From: Pseudomonadota bacterium
GTDB lineage: Bacteria > Pseudomonadota > Gammaproteobacteria > Burkholderiales > Rhodocyclaceae
Reading direction: 5' to 3'
Length of the DNA stretch: 64,000 nucleotides
Assembly: GCA_018241725.1 (NCBI GenBank)
Contig: JAFEDI010000129.1
Location: 29,774 to 93,773 of the forward strand
Part shown: positions 10,501 to 18,807 of the stretch, one piece after another
Layout: the number at the start of each line of letters is the position of its first letter
How positions within the stretch are numbered: the first letter of the stretch is position 1
The notes under the pieces: model-generated
Seen by the model: the letters and a program-made list of their open reading frames with translations, nothing else
Databases searched by the model: none
Told to the model about the DNA's origin: nothing
Position numbers and translations under genes: made by a program

Positions 10501-10546
10501 CCCAGGTCAGCGGACCCAGGTCGAGTTCGTGTGCAGGGCTCATCAA
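4511..10546 (-). CDS. chpA: ChpA/PilL-type multi-Hpt hybrid CheA histidine kinase of the type IV pilus chemosensory system
   Basis: 2011 aa. Canonical Hpt motifs FHTLKGSGRMVG and LHTLKGSARMVGA, plus degenerate Hpt-like segments (HQAHGALSIVGL, IEGALSVLN, AAHTLAGISGTAHF). HATPase motifs (HLVRNAVAHGIE, GRGVGMDVV), a CheW-like domain, and a C-terminal REC (MVVDDSLTVRK...DIEMPRMDG...IIMITSR). Lies directly downstream of pilGHIJ. Confidence 0.9.
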   Translation of the reverse strand: MMSPAHELDLGPLTWVKGEIDLALGRAADALAEASSSPDRLGRIKFAQTHLHQAHGALSIVGLDGLTQFSDQLDRLLGELASQQIACTPEIAQLAARCIAAIGNYLDELTRGQPDQALRLFELYAELAAARGQEAPTPSELFFPDLNLRPDFATPAIDSNDPKHLRALRSRFERGLLKWFRAPQDPSGPQEMREATSGIEDLQTVPAARAFWLACSAFFDALGLQGIPADAASKRLCGRIDAQMRRVLEGSGVVAERLMRDVLYQVAMSSAHSPAIDSIRAAYQLEYLIPAGKHPISDTPQAPLLAGLRSGLTDAKEAWNQFAKGNAIGLPRFQDAIAPLAEMAQAIDQPDVSELLEELGATARWLRQDPLQLTDALSMDMATTMLLLEARLDNHQHGDDVSDAQLAQVVARLQAHQRGEQVSPLVIADSDVQTHHLNRQLAHEILTSLGDVEQNLDSFFRAPTRTDILAAVRAPLKQIEGALSVLNEDAAVRLLQDAAARIRALSTSEEVSPEEPAFEEIAHRLSALGIYVEALQHGPADLERILYPDAELQRAPTDSIEAGLAQQRRETAALAAALKNNPDDSGLRTELQINLESLRQDASLTADPELEKQARDALNLLDAGTLFNAPTPIAATEAPALSPEASRLIDASEEEIDAELLAIFIEEAIDVRAAIAANLAQLAQEPSNLEVLTAIRRSFHTLKGSGRMVGLKDFGEAAWGMEQTLNHWLRLELPVDDELLRLIANGLEAFSAWIDQLEAGAGHHRDVSILLTEAARLRNETAPPSAVEPAKPAKTQPEAAPTEPGLTEISLDSAPQEVDLEASITLPELDFAATDLGESLTLAAAAHVSAIETIDLNFPDLSFEEARTRTHQPTARSAPEQEREREPDVSLTTVLAEEPAPTPVDFDLSFDLPSDDEAARPAADVIEPLDETVPESLDELDILDSEEEPATVTDALEIEELLPPEEPTEAGEREGADTLEIPEPLEALEAPNDIESFDIFDLGEIPPAEQAPMPEAEAEAEAEAEAEAEAEAEAEAEAEAEAEQIVAEFPAEVVLEEPLPLEDIELTTETVEELEEVEVPSTEPLLPEEIVGEPETAIGPDEVRFGGITLSRPLFDLYLAEARQHVATLRQELSRLPVNPAQTPATVSIRAAHTLAGISGTAHFSAPQQLAKALELAQQRLADLDKAPSAKQAEVLIDSAAALESMVVQLGARVLPAPEPELITQLDAIQASHLADIISLPTETAPPELVTATLRPREETPARATESSPPATQLHDDLDPELLPIFLDEGNELLDHLDTALRTWRTAPAETSHPSGVARLLHTLKGSARMVGAMNLGQNLHDLETRLERARTQDPGGTAIVDEIEAALDQARQTLDTLQSGQTATSPVPRESETPAEESASLQPGEAASPAARTQLRVDASRVDQFVNEAGEISIARTRIEGELRTLRRSLLDLTENVIRLRNQLREVEIQADTQMQSRLSQVETQHTEFDPLEMDRYTRLQELTRMMAESVGDVTTVQQNLLRNLDGAESALHAQSRMARELQQSLMHVRMVPFDSLAERLYRLVRQTAKELGRRANLDIIGGQIEIDRSVLDAMSGPLAHLVRNAVAHGIETPEARRAAGKPEIGQITLKIAHEGNEVLIEFRDDGAGLDFTRIRRHAIDSGLISADEDTDDKRLTNLIFVPGFSTASLSSLAGRGVGMDVVKSETAAVGGRISVDTTPGEGTIFRIHLPLTLAVTQALLVRAGNRTFAIPSSMVAQVLELKAEALEKIRGDHGTDWLGEHYGYRYLPRLLGDPLSQPQVERFNWVLLLRAGSETLALHVDALRGNQEIVVKNAGPQYARMVGYSGATVLGDGEIVLILNPVALAGRSPDKGDDETPIQAGASTPSQPTVMVVDDSLTVRKITGRLLEREGYRVVTAKDGVDALEQLLTVTPDVVIADIEMPRMDGFDLTRNIRADARLKAVPIIMITSRTAEKHKRYAEEIGVNHYLGKPYDEDVLLSLIHNFVTTPA
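7421..7504 (-). repeat. perfect hexanucleotide microsatellite (CGCTTC)x14 inside chpA, encoding (Glu-Ala)14
   Basis: Counted directly: 14 consecutive CGCTTC units from 7421 to 7504. They are flanked by the imperfect unit CTGCTC (7415-7420) and by CGGCAT. On the coding strand this reads MP(EA)14EQ. Confidence 0.95.
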
Positions 10547-10581
10547 TGGTTCTTCGGCGGAATCCGTGCGCTATCGGGGTC

Positions 10582-12702
10582 TCAGACCTTGAAGCCGGAG
10601 ACGGAACCCTTGAGTTCGACGGCCAGGTCGGCCAGTTCGCCGATGGAGACGGCGGTCTGCTGGGTACCGGTGGTCGTGCGGTCGGTGATGGCGAGAATGT
10701 TCTTCATCTTCTCGGCCACCTGGGTTGCGGCCTTGGCCTGAACTTCGGTACTGACCGAGATGCGTTCGATCAGCTCCGCGGTTTCGGCGGACACGCGCTC
10801 AATCTCCGCCAGTTCCTGGCCAGCGGTTTCGGACAGGTGGGCACCGTCCACCACGTCGCGGGTTGCGTTTTCCATGGCCGCCACTGCGTCGCCGGTGTCG
10901 GTCTGAATGGTCTTTACGATCGCGCCGATCTGCTTGGTAGCCTCGGCGGAGCGTTCGGCGAGGCGCTGCACTTCTTCGGCAACCACCGAGAAGCCGCGAC
11001 CGGCTTCGCCGGCCGAGGCCGCCTGGATGGCGGCGTTGAGGGCGAGCACGTTGGTTTGTTCGGTAATGTCGGAAATCAGTTCCACGATTTCGCCGATCTC
11101 CTGGGAGGACTCGCCGAGGCGCTTGATGCGCTTGGAGGTTTCCTGGATCTTCTCACGGATGTCGTTCATGCCCTTGATGGTGTCTTCCACCGCGACGGCA
11201 CCCTTCTGGGCGGCCTGCAGGGAGCGCCGTGCGACCTGGGCGGACTGCAGTGCATCTTCGGATGCGGCGCTCATGGAGCTGGCCATGTTCTGGGCGGTTT
11301 CACCGGCGAGGCGCAGTTCCTGGGCCTGACGTTCTGTGGCGGCCAGCAGTTCATCGGATGTCTGCTGGGCGGACTCCGTGGCGGAGGTCACGCGGATGGC
11401 GGCGTCGTTGATGCGGCGTACCAGCACCGAGAGTTCTTCGATGGTGTAGTTCACCGAGTCGGCGATGGCGCCGGTGATATCTTCCGTCACCGTGGCGCGG
11501 ACGGTGAGGTCGCCGTCGGCCAGATCGCCCATCTCGTTCATCAGCCGCAGAATGGCCTGCTGGGTGTTGTTCCGCTCGGCTTCGGCGGATTCGCGCAGAC
11601 GCTCGGCGGCCAGGCGGCGGCGGGCGATATCGTCGTTATAGGTCTTGGCCATCAGAGCCAGGCTGGCCAGCGTGATGAGCGCGCAGAGGATGATCGCCAG
11701 GCTGACCCAGGTGAAGAAGCCGGTATAGCCACGGGTGTAGGCGTCGGTCAGCGCGGAGGTCTTCTCGAGCAAGGGGCCGGAGTTCTGGAAGATATGGCTG
11801 CCGGCCTGCTTGGCCTGCACCAGCAGCTGGATGTTGCCGAGGATCTCCATCACCGAGGCGAGGTTGTCTTTGCTGACCTTCTCCAGTTCGGTGAGCTTGG
11901 TCTTGGCATCGCTGCCGTCAGCGGTCATCTTCTGCAGCTGTTCGATGAGGTCGCGGAATGTGTTGGTGTCCTTGCCGAGCAGGAAGGCGACTTCCGGGTC
12001 GATGGCGTTGGCGACCAGCAGTGCGTTGGCGTTCTTGGCGATACGCTGGGTCAGCATCACCACTTGGTTGGCGACGGCGATCTCGCGGGCTGATGCACCG
12101 CCTTGCAGCTTGAGGGAGGCGACCTGTTCGGAGAGTTCGAGCAGTTGGGGGTTCTTGGTGTTGATGGTGCCAACGGCCTTGCCCAGGCCGGTGAGATTCT
12201 TTTCCTGGCCGAGGAGGGCGGTGGCATCCTTATCGGTCTTCTGCCACAGTTCGGTCACGGCGGCGAGCTCGTCGGTGGCAGCGTTGGCTCCGCCCGGCAC
12301 GCTGGCCCCGTTGACGTCTCCGCCGTTGGTTACCGCCTCAAGGAGCGTATTGAATTGCTCGCGGCTGTTCTTCAGTTCGATGAAGGCCTTTGGGTCGCCC
12401 TGCAGGGTCAGTTGGCTGGCCTTGGCGATTTGCTGGGAGAGTGTGCGCATCTCACCGCCGGCTGTCACATAGGCAGTGCCGAAGTGGCTGACGCGGATCT
12501 GATAGAGGACGAAGGCTCCGGTCAGCGCTGCGAAGATCAGGAAGGGAACGCGCAGGATGCGCAATTGTTCGGTGGACGATTTGCCGGCCAGGAAGGGCAG
12601 CGAAGCCTTGATGGCCCCGTCTCCCGAATCGAGAATCGTATCCACATTGCCGGAGGCGGGCTTGCTGCTGCCCTTAGACAGCCCTGGTAGCTTAAATGCC
12701 AT
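10582..12702 (-). CDS. pilJ: PilJ-type methyl-accepting chemotaxis protein
   Basis: 706 aa. N-terminal TM and periplasmic region, plus the MCP signalling hairpin [38 protein letters not shown]. Sits between pilI and chpA. Confidence 0.85.
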   Translation of the reverse strand: MAFKLPGLSKGSSKPASGNVDTILDSGDGAIKASLPFLAGKSSTEQLRILRVPFLIFAALTGAFVLYQIRVSHFGTAYVTAGGEMRTLSQQIAKASQLTLQGDPKAFIELKNSREQFNTLLEAVTNGGDVNGASVPGGANAATDELAAVTELWQKTDKDATALLGQEKNLTGLGKAVGTINTKNPQLLELSEQVASLKLQGGASAREIAVANQVVMLTQRIAKNANALLVANAIDPEVAFLLGKDTNTFRDLIEQLQKMTADGSDAKTKLTELEKVSKDNLASVMEILGNIQLLVQAKQAGSHIFQNSGPLLEKTSALTDAYTRGYTGFFTWVSLAIILCALITLASLALMAKTYNDDIARRRLAAERLRESAEAERNNTQQAILRLMNEMGDLADGDLTVRATVTEDITGAIADSVNYTIEELSVLVRRINDAAIRVTSATESAQQTSDELLAATERQAQELRLAGETAQNMASSMSAASEDALQSAQVARRSLQAAQKGAVAVEDTIKGMNDIREKIQETSKRIKRLGESSQEIGEIVELISDITEQTNVLALNAAIQAASAGEAGRGFSVVAEEVQRLAERSAEATKQIGAIVKTIQTDTGDAVAAMENATRDVVDGAHLSETAGQELAEIERVSAETAELIERISVSTEVQAKAATQVAEKMKNILAITDRTTTGTQQTAVSIGELADLAVELKGSVSGFKV

Positions 12703-12750
12703 ATTATCCTCATCAGCGGATCGAGCCCGCTGTATCTCCCGAATTGAATT

Positions 12751-13266
12751 TTACGAAAGCGCGGCGTCCAGAAAGCGCGAGTGATTGAGCAGTGCCGGTA
12801 CCTTGAGCCGGGTCCAGGAACTCCCCCGGCTGTCCTGCATGCGTTCTCCGATCCACGGCTGGTCTTCATCAGCAGGGGCCGGCACAGGGATGAAGTCTTC
12901 GATGGAGCGCAGGCCCAGCGCACGGGTCACCAGCAGCGCAGAGTTGAGGCCGTGGCGCACCCCGACGAGTAGCAAGCGGGCATGGCCGACTGGTGCGATG
13001 GGCGGTTCGCCATGGAAAGCGGCGAAATCGACGACGCTGAATAGGTTGCCGCGCACGCTTGCCAGACCGCGGAACCACGGATGGGTCAGTGGTACGGAGG
13101 CCAGGGGCGGGACGGCGAGAATCTCACCGGCTTCGGTGAGGTCCACGAGCCAGTTCCGGCCGCCGGCCTGAACGGCAAGCAGCGCCGAGGCCCGGTTGTC
13201 GCGGGCTTCGGCCAGACGTCGGGCGAGGCCGGCCTGGAATTCATGGAGGCTGATCCGTTTGGCCAT
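12751..13266 (-). CDS. pilI: CheW-like coupling protein PilI
   Basis: Single CheW-like domain. I place the start at ATG 13264-13266 (MAKRISLHEFQAGL...), 7 nt after the pilH stop. The ORF-track start 13338 would overlap pilH. Confidence 0.8.
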   Translation of the reverse strand: MAKRISLHEFQAGLARRLAEARDNRASALLAVQAGGRNWLVDLTEAGEILAVPPLASVPLTHPWFRGLASVRGNLFSVVDFAAFHGEPPIAPVGHARLLLVGVRHGLNSALLVTRALGLRSIEDFIPVPAPADEDQPWIGERMQDSRGSSWTRLKVPALLNHSRFLDAALS

Positions 13267-13273
13267 GGGATGT

Positions 13274-13639
13274 TCAGCCGAGGGCGCGAATCTTGTCGAG
13301 CAGCGTGGTGTGATCGATGGGCTTGACCATGTAGTCATGTGCGCCCTGGCGGAGACCCCAGATCTTGTCTGTTTCCTGCCCCTTGCTGGTGCACATGATC
13401 ACCGGGATGCCACGGGTGCTCTCATCCCTGGAAATCGTGCGGGTCGCCTGGTATCCGTTGATGCCGGGCATTACGACGTCCATCAGGATCAGATCGGGAT
13501 GCTCGCTCTTGCTCTTCAGCACTGCTTCCTCGCCATTTTCGGCAGTCACCACCTGGTAGCCATTCTTCACCAGCACTTCCGACAGGGCCAGGCGCTCCGT
13601 CGGGGAGTCGTCTACAACAAGGATTTTCTTGATCGGCAT
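13274..13639 (-). CDS. pilH: CheY-like response regulator PilH
   Basis: 121 aa single REC domain (ILVVDDSPTER...LILMDVVMPGINGY...VIMCTSKG...MVKP). Confidence 0.85.
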   Translation of the reverse strand: MPIKKILVVDDSPTERLALSEVLVKNGYQVVTAENGEEAVLKSKSEHPDLILMDVVMPGINGYQATRTISRDESTRGIPVIMCTSKGQETDKIWGLRQGAHDYMVKPIDHTTLLDKIRALG

Positions 13640-13656
13640 GGATGCTTCTCTTGCGG

Positions 13657-14055
13657 TCAGTCGTTGGTGGAGGTGCGGCTGGTTTGGGTGTGGTTAGCCA
13701 CCGAGCGCAGCAGGCTTTCTTTGGTGAAGGGTTTGGTCAGGTATTCGTCGGAGCCGGCCAGACGGCCACGGGCACGATCGAACAGGCCGTCCTTGGACGA
13801 CAGCATGATCACCGGGGTGGCCTTGAGACGCGCGTTCTTCTTGATCAGGGCGCAGGTCTGATAGCCGTCGAGGCGCGGCATCATGATGTCCACAAAGATC
13901 AGGTCGGGAGCATGATCGGCGATTTTGGACAGCGCGTCGAAGCCGTCTTCGGCCAGCACGACCTGGCAGCCGGCCTGAGCGAGAAAGATCTCCGCACTGC
14001 GGCGGATGGTGTTGCTGTCGTCGATGACCATGACCTTGATGCCACTGAGATTCAC
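13657..14055 (-). CDS. pilG: CheY-like response regulator PilG
   Basis: 132 aa single REC domain (VMVIDDSNTIRR...LIFVDIMMPRLDGY...VIMLSSKD...LTKPF). First gene of the pilGHIJ-chpA order. Confidence 0.85.
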   Translation of the reverse strand: MNLSGIKVMVIDDSNTIRRSAEIFLAQAGCQVVLAEDGFDALSKIADHAPDLIFVDIMMPRLDGYQTCALIKKNARLKATPVIMLSSKDGLFDRARGRLAGSDEYLTKPFTKESLLRSVANHTQTSRTSTND

Positions 14056-14128
14056 CGGGGACCTCCGGAAGCGGTTCGGATGGTGTGCTCTTTATACATG
14101 GTACGGGTCTTGGGAATGATCGGATGGA

Positions 14129-14308
14129 TCAGATGGCAACCATCTCGAAATCTTCCTTGCGGGCACCACATTCGGGGCAGGTCCAGTTCGGAGGGATGTC
14201 TTCCCAGCGGGTGCCGGGTGCGATGCCCTCATTTGGTGAACCGGCTGCTTCGTCGTAGATGAAGCCACAGATCAGACACATCCAGGTCTTGTAGGGAGGA
14301 TTTGCCAT
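14129..14308 (-). CDS. rubredoxin
   Basis: 59-aa ORF below the ORF-track cutoff. My translation is [59 protein letters not shown]. It has the two rubredoxin CxxCG knuckles (CLICG, CPECG) and the conserved W/Y/F core. Confidence 0.85.
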   Translation of the reverse strand: MANPPYKTWMCLICGFIYDEAAGSPNEGIAPGTRWEDIPPNWTCPECGARKEDFEMVAI

Positions 14309-14399
14309 TTGGGTGCAGCGTAGTGATTTCGGCTAGAATCGCTTGGATCGTGAATGGTAGCGCAGTCGCAGTTAAATTTGTGCGTCCTTGTTTCTCCGA

Positions 14400-15239
14400 A
14401 TGACTATATCCCGTAATGATCCTGGTCCTCCCCTAGTCCTTGTTTTTGCTGCGTCCGATCCAACCGGCGGTGCGGGCATTCAGGCGGATATTATGACGTT
14501 GTCAGGAATGGGTTGCCACCCCCTGACGGTCATTACCGCATTGACAGTCCAGGATACGGCTGGCGTGGAGGATGTGATGGCGATCGACGCCGACTTCGTC
14601 GTCGAGCAGGCCCGGGCGGTCCTCGAGGACATGCCGGTGAAGGCCTTCAAGCTCGGCGTGCTGGGCAGCGTCGACAACATTGCAGCGATCGCCGAGATCA
14701 TTTCCGACTACCCGCATGTGCCGGTGGTCGTTGATCCGGTGGTGGCTTCGGGGCGGGGGGATGAGCTCGCTTCAGAGGCGATGCTGGAGGCCATGCGCGA
14801 GCTTATCCTGCCGCAGGCCACTGTCATCACTCCCAACACCATCGAGGCGCGCCGCCTGGCAGACCGGCATCGGGACGGGCACGACGAGGGTTCCCTCTAC
14901 GATTGCGCCACCCGGTTGCTTGATTCGGGCTGCAAACACGTATTGATCACCGGTTCCCACGCCCAGACACCCCAGGTCATCAATACCCTCTACGGCCGCG
15001 GCGGAGTGATCCGCGCCGATACCTGGGAGCGCCTGCCCGGCAGCTACCATGGTTCCGGCTGTACGCTGGCGTCCGCGGTGGCGGCGGCGCTGGCCCACGG
15101 CATGGAGATGTCTGCAGCGGTCCAGGAAGCCCAGCGCTTCACGTGGAGGACGTTGGAGGCAGCCTTCCGGCCCGGCATGGGGCAGCACATTCCCGATCGA
15201 TTTTTCTGGTCCAGGCCGAGCCTGGTGGGCGAGGGCTGA
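14400..15239 (+). CDS. thiD: hydroxymethylpyrimidine/phosphomethylpyrimidine kinase
   Basis: Motifs VLVFAASDPTGGAGIQADI and GSGCTLASAVAAALA. ATG 14400 is preferred over the TTG 14388 used by the ORF track. Confidence 0.85.
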   Translation: MTISRNDPGPPLVLVFAASDPTGGAGIQADIMTLSGMGCHPLTVITALTVQDTAGVEDVMAIDADFVVEQARAVLEDMPVKAFKLGVLGSVDNIAAIAEIISDYPHVPVVVDPVVASGRGDELASEAMLEAMRELILPQATVITPNTIEARRLADRHRDGHDEGSLYDCATRLLDSGCKHVLITGSHAQTPQVINTLYGRGGVIRADTWERLPGSYHGSGCTLASAVAAALAHGMEMSAAVQEAQRFTWRTLEAAFRPGMGQHIPDRFFWSRPSLVGEG

Positions 15240-15243
15240 AGCG

Positions 15244-15858
15244 ATGTTCGGACGTGGTCTTTATCTGGTGACGCCGGACTGGAACGACACCGAGGCGCTG
15301 GCTGCCGCCCTCGCCAATGTGCTGCCGGCCCGGCCGGCCCTGGTCCAGTACCGTAACAAGAATGCCGATCCATCCTTGAAGCGGGAGCAGGCGGTCCGCC
15401 TGCTGGCCTTGTGCCGTGAGGCGTGCGTGCCGCTGGTGCTCAACGACGACCTGGCGCTTGCGCTGGAGATCGGTGCTGATGGCGTCCACCTGGGCCGTGA
15501 TGACGGCGATCCGGCGGTGGCCCGGCAGGCCCTCGGCGCGCAGCGCATCCTCGGCGTCAGTTGCTATGGGGAGTGGCAGCGGGCGGTGGCGGGGGCTGCG
15601 GCCGGTGTCAACTACGTCGCCTTTGGCGCCATGTACCCGTCTTCCACCAAGCCCGCCGCGGTGCCGGCGCCCCTCGACATCCTGACCCGTGCCAAGCGGG
15701 AGCTGGGCCTGCCGGTGGCGGCCATCGGCGGCATTACCGTCGATAATGCCCCGGCGCTGATCGAGGCCGGCGCCGACCTGCTGGCCGTCATCAGCGACGT
15801 ATTTGCAGCCCCCGCTCCGGCCGCCCGCGCGGCCGCTTACGCCGGGCTGTTCGATTGA
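15244..15858 (+). CDS. thiE: thiamine-phosphate synthase
   Basis: Start ATG 15244 (MFGRGLYLVTP...), 4 nt after the thiD stop. Motifs ADGVHLGRDD, ILGVSC, YVAFGAMYPSSTK, AIGGI. The ORF-track start 15049 overlaps thiD. Confidence 0.85.
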   Translation: MFGRGLYLVTPDWNDTEALAAALANVLPARPALVQYRNKNADPSLKREQAVRLLALCREACVPLVLNDDLALALEIGADGVHLGRDDGDPAVARQALGAQRILGVSCYGEWQRAVAGAAAGVNYVAFGAMYPSSTKPAAVPAPLDILTRAKRELGLPVAAIGGITVDNAPALIEAGADLLAVISDVFAAPAPAARAAAYAGLFD

Positions 15859-15877
15859 CCACTAAGGAAACATCAGT

Positions 15878-17164
15878 ATGAGCAGCCGTAACGAAGAACT
15901 CTTTGCCCGCGCCCAGCGCACCATTCCCGGCGGTGTCAATTCGCCGGTCCGGGCCTTCCGCTCGGTGGGCGGCACGCCGCGCTTCCTGAAGAAGGCGCTT
16001 GGCGCCCGGGTGTGGGACGCGGACGGCAAGGAATACCTCGACTACGTTGGCTCCTGGGGGCCGGCGATTCTTGGCCACGCCGACCCGATGGTGGTCGAGG
16101 CGGTGCGCGCGGCGGCCCTTGACGGCCTGTCCTTCGGCGCGCCGACCGAGCGCGAGATCGACATGGCCGAGCGCCTGTGCGAGCTGTTGCCCAGTCTTGA
16201 GATGGTGCGCCTTGTCTCCAGCGGCACCGAGGCGACGATGAGCGCAATCCGCCTGGCGCGCGGCTTTACCGGCCGCGACGCGATCGTCAAGTTCGAGGGC
16301 TGCTATCACGGCCACGCCGACAGCCTGCTGGTGAAGGCCGGCTCAGGCCTGCTGACCTTCGGCAACCCGTCGTCGGCGGGCGTGCCGGACGATTTCGCCA
16401 AGCACACGGTGGTGCTCGACTACAACAACCCGGCCCAGCTCGAGGAAACCTTCAAGGCCCGTGGCGGCGAGATCGCCTGCGTGATCATCGAGCCGATCGC
16501 TGGCAACATGAACCTCGTCAAGCCGTCCGCCGAATACATGCACCTGCTCCGTCGCCTGTGTACCGAGTACGGCACGGTGCTGATCTTCGACGAGGTGATG
16601 ACCGGTTTCCGCGTCGGACCGCGCGGTGTGCAAGGCCTGTTCGGCATCACGCCGGATCTGACGACCCTCGGCAAGGTGATCGGTGGTGGCATGCCGGTGG
16701 GTGCCTTCGGCGGCCGCCGCGACATCATGGAAAAGATCGCCCCGCTGGGCGGCGTGTATCAGGCCGGCACCCTGTCGGGGAGTCCGGTGGCTGTGGCGGC
16801 CGGCCTCGCCAGCCTGGAGCAGATCGCCAGGCCGGGGTTCTACGAGGTGCTCACGGCCCGAACCGAACGTCTCGTGGCAGGACTTAACGCGGCGGCGGCC
16901 AAACACGGCGTGACCTTCATCGCCGATTCCGTCGGCGGCATGTTCGGCCTGTATTTTGCCAAGACCGTGCCGCAGAGCTACGCGGATGTGATGGTCTCTG
17001 ATCGGGAACGCTTCAATCGCTTCTTCCACGCGATGCTGGATGCAGGGCATTACTTCGCGCCGTCGGCCTTCGAAGCCGGTTTCGTGTCGGCCGCCCATTC
17101 GGAAGTGGATATCGACAGCACCGTCGCTGCAGCTGAAGCCTGGTTTGCCGCCAACGCGGGCTGA
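15878..17164 (+). CDS. hemL: glutamate-1-semialdehyde 2,1-aminomutase
   Basis: 428 aa class-III aminotransferase with GSA-aminomutase signatures FDEVMTGFR and [17 protein letters not shown]. Confidence 0.95.
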   Translation: MSSRNEELFARAQRTIPGGVNSPVRAFRSVGGTPRFLKKALGARVWDADGKEYLDYVGSWGPAILGHADPMVVEAVRAAALDGLSFGAPTEREIDMAERLCELLPSLEMVRLVSSGTEATMSAIRLARGFTGRDAIVKFEGCYHGHADSLLVKAGSGLLTFGNPSSAGVPDDFAKHTVVLDYNNPAQLEETFKARGGEIACVIIEPIAGNMNLVKPSAEYMHLLRRLCTEYGTVLIFDEVMTGFRVGPRGVQGLFGITPDLTTLGKVIGGGMPVGAFGGRRDIMEKIAPLGGVYQAGTLSGSPVAVAAGLASLEQIARPGFYEVLTARTERLVAGLNAAAAKHGVTFIADSVGGMFGLYFAKTVPQSYADVMVSDRERFNRFFHAMLDAGHYFAPSAFEAGFVSAAHSEVDIDSTVAAAEAWFAANAG

Positions 17165-17203
17165 GCTGGGACGCCGGGGTGAGGCCCCGGTGAGACGGAT
17201 GTG

Positions 17204-17231
17204 AAAAGGGGCGAGTGAATCGCCCCTTTTT
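17204..17231. terminator. bidirectional intrinsic terminator between convergent hemL and mgtE
   Basis: AAAA-GGGGCGA-GTGAA-TCGCCCC-TTTTT. A 7-bp GC-rich stem flanked by an A-run and a T-run. Confidence 0.8.
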
Positions 17232-17253
17232 CGTACTGGTCAGCTGGCTGCTT

Positions 17254-18696
17254 CTACATCAAGAAGATCGTAGCCAGTCCGAGGAAGATGAAGAAGCCGC
17301 CGGAGTCGGTGACGGCGGTGATGATCACGCTGGAGCCGACCGCCGGATCCTGCCCGATGCGGTGGCGGAGCATTGGGGCCATCACGCCGACGAAGGCGGC
17401 GACGAGCAGGTTGAGCGTCATCGCGGCGGTCATTACCAGGCCCAGCTTGCCGCTGCCGTAGAGCACCCAGGCTAGCACTCCGAGCAGGCCACCCCACACG
17501 ATGCCGTTGATCAGCGCGACGCCGAGCTCCTTCTTGAGCAGGCGGCTCAGCGCGTCGTCCTGTACCTGGCCCATGGCGATGCCGCGGACGATCATCGTGA
17601 TGGTCTGGTTGCCCGAGTTGCCGCCGATGCCGGCCACGATGGGCATCAATGCGGCCAGTGCGACCAGCTTCTCGATGGAGCCTTCGAAGGCGCCGATCAC
17701 CCGGCTGGCTATGAAGGCGGTGACCAGGTTGGCGGCCAGCCAGGACCAGCGGTTCTTCACCGAGTCCCACACCGGCGCGAAGATGTCCTCACCTTCCTTC
17801 AGGCCGCCCTGGCTGAGCAGTTCGCTCTCGGTTTCCTCGCGGATGAAGTCCACCACCGTGGCCACCGTCACGCGGCCGACCAGCTTGCGGTGGTAATCGA
17901 CGACCGGCGCCGACACCAGATCGTAGCGCTCGAAGGCCTGGGCGGCGGTCTCGGCTTCGTCGGAGGGCTCAAGCGTGAGGGTGTCGGTGAGCATGATCTC
18001 GCTCACCTCGGTTTCCGGGTCGTTGATCAGCAGCCGGTCGATCGGCAGCACGCCGCGCAGGTGTTCGTCCCGGTCCACCACGAAGAGCTGGTCGGTGTGG
18101 TCGGGCAGTTCGTCGAAGCGGCGCAGGTAGCGCAGCACCACTTCAAGCGTGACGTCCTCGCGTACGGTGACCATCTCGAAGTCCATCAGCGCGCCGACGG
18201 AGTCTTCCGGGTAGGACATGGCAGCACGCAGCTGCTCGCGCTCTTCCGGGTCGAGGCCCTGGTAGACCGCCTCCATGACTTCGTGGGGCAGGTCGGGTGC
18301 CAGGTCGGCCAGTTCGTCGGCGTCGAGCTGCTCGGCCGCGGCGCGCAGGGAGGCCGAGTCCATCGACTCGATGAGGGATTCCCGAACGGCGTCGGAGACT
18401 TCCAGCAGGATCTCGCCGTCCCGCTCGGCCTTGACCAGATCCCAGACGAACAGACGCTCGTCGAGCGGAAGGGCTTCGAGGATGTGGGCGACGTCGGCCG
18501 AGTGCAGGCTGTCGAGCTTGTGGGTCAGCTCGTGGACGTGTTGCTTGTGGACCAGGCTTTCCACCAGGTCATGCTTGGGCATGTCCTGGCGATGGACGAG
18601 TTCTTCTACCAGCTTGTGGCGGGCAAGCAGGTGCTGAACCTCGCGCAGGTGGCTTTCGAGGTCGTCGTGTTGCTGCAGGTCGTCGGCTTCGGCCAT
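17254..18696 (-). CDS. mgtE: magnesium transporter MgtE
   Basis: 480 aa. Acidic N-domain, tandem CBS region and a C-terminal multi-TM MgtE domain (IVAGIGGNSGNQTIT). Confidence 0.9.
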   Translation of the reverse strand: MAEADDLQQHDDLESHLREVQHLLARHKLVEELVHRQDMPKHDLVESLVHKQHVHELTHKLDSLHSADVAHILEALPLDERLFVWDLVKAERDGEILLEVSDAVRESLIESMDSASLRAAAEQLDADELADLAPDLPHEVMEAVYQGLDPEEREQLRAAMSYPEDSVGALMDFEMVTVREDVTLEVVLRYLRRFDELPDHTDQLFVVDRDEHLRGVLPIDRLLINDPETEVSEIMLTDTLTLEPSDEAETAAQAFERYDLVSAPVVDYHRKLVGRVTVATVVDFIREETESELLSQGGLKEGEDIFAPVWDSVKNRWSWLAANLVTAFIASRVIGAFEGSIEKLVALAALMPIVAGIGGNSGNQTITMIVRGIAMGQVQDDALSRLLKKELGVALINGIVWGGLLGVLAWVLYGSGKLGLVMTAAMTLNLLVAAFVGVMAPMLRHRIGQDPAVGSSVIITAVTDSGGFFIFLGLATIFLM

Positions 18697-18807
18697 GGTC
18701 GCAATCCCGTGCTCCGCTGCGCGCCGGGTGGTGCGCAGGGGGCGGATTCTACGGGGTTTGCGGCGCTGCGGCGACGGGCATTTTCACGCTCGCGGGAGGG
18801 TTTCTGG

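Noticed and set aside
10531-12093. 520-aa plus-strand ORF
   Set aside because: It is antisense to pilJ, whose MCP signalling hairpin is unmistakable.
14309-14399. TPP (THI-box) riboswitch upstream of thiD-thiE
   Set aside because: I looked for the CUGAGA and ACCUGAUCUGGAUAAUGCCAGCG-type cores and found neither. The leader is also too short for a full aptamer plus expression platform.
18697-18807. M-box Mg riboswitch upstream of mgtE
   Set aside because: Only 111 nt lie between the mgtE start and the ubiH stop, and no recognisable M-box conserved segments are present.
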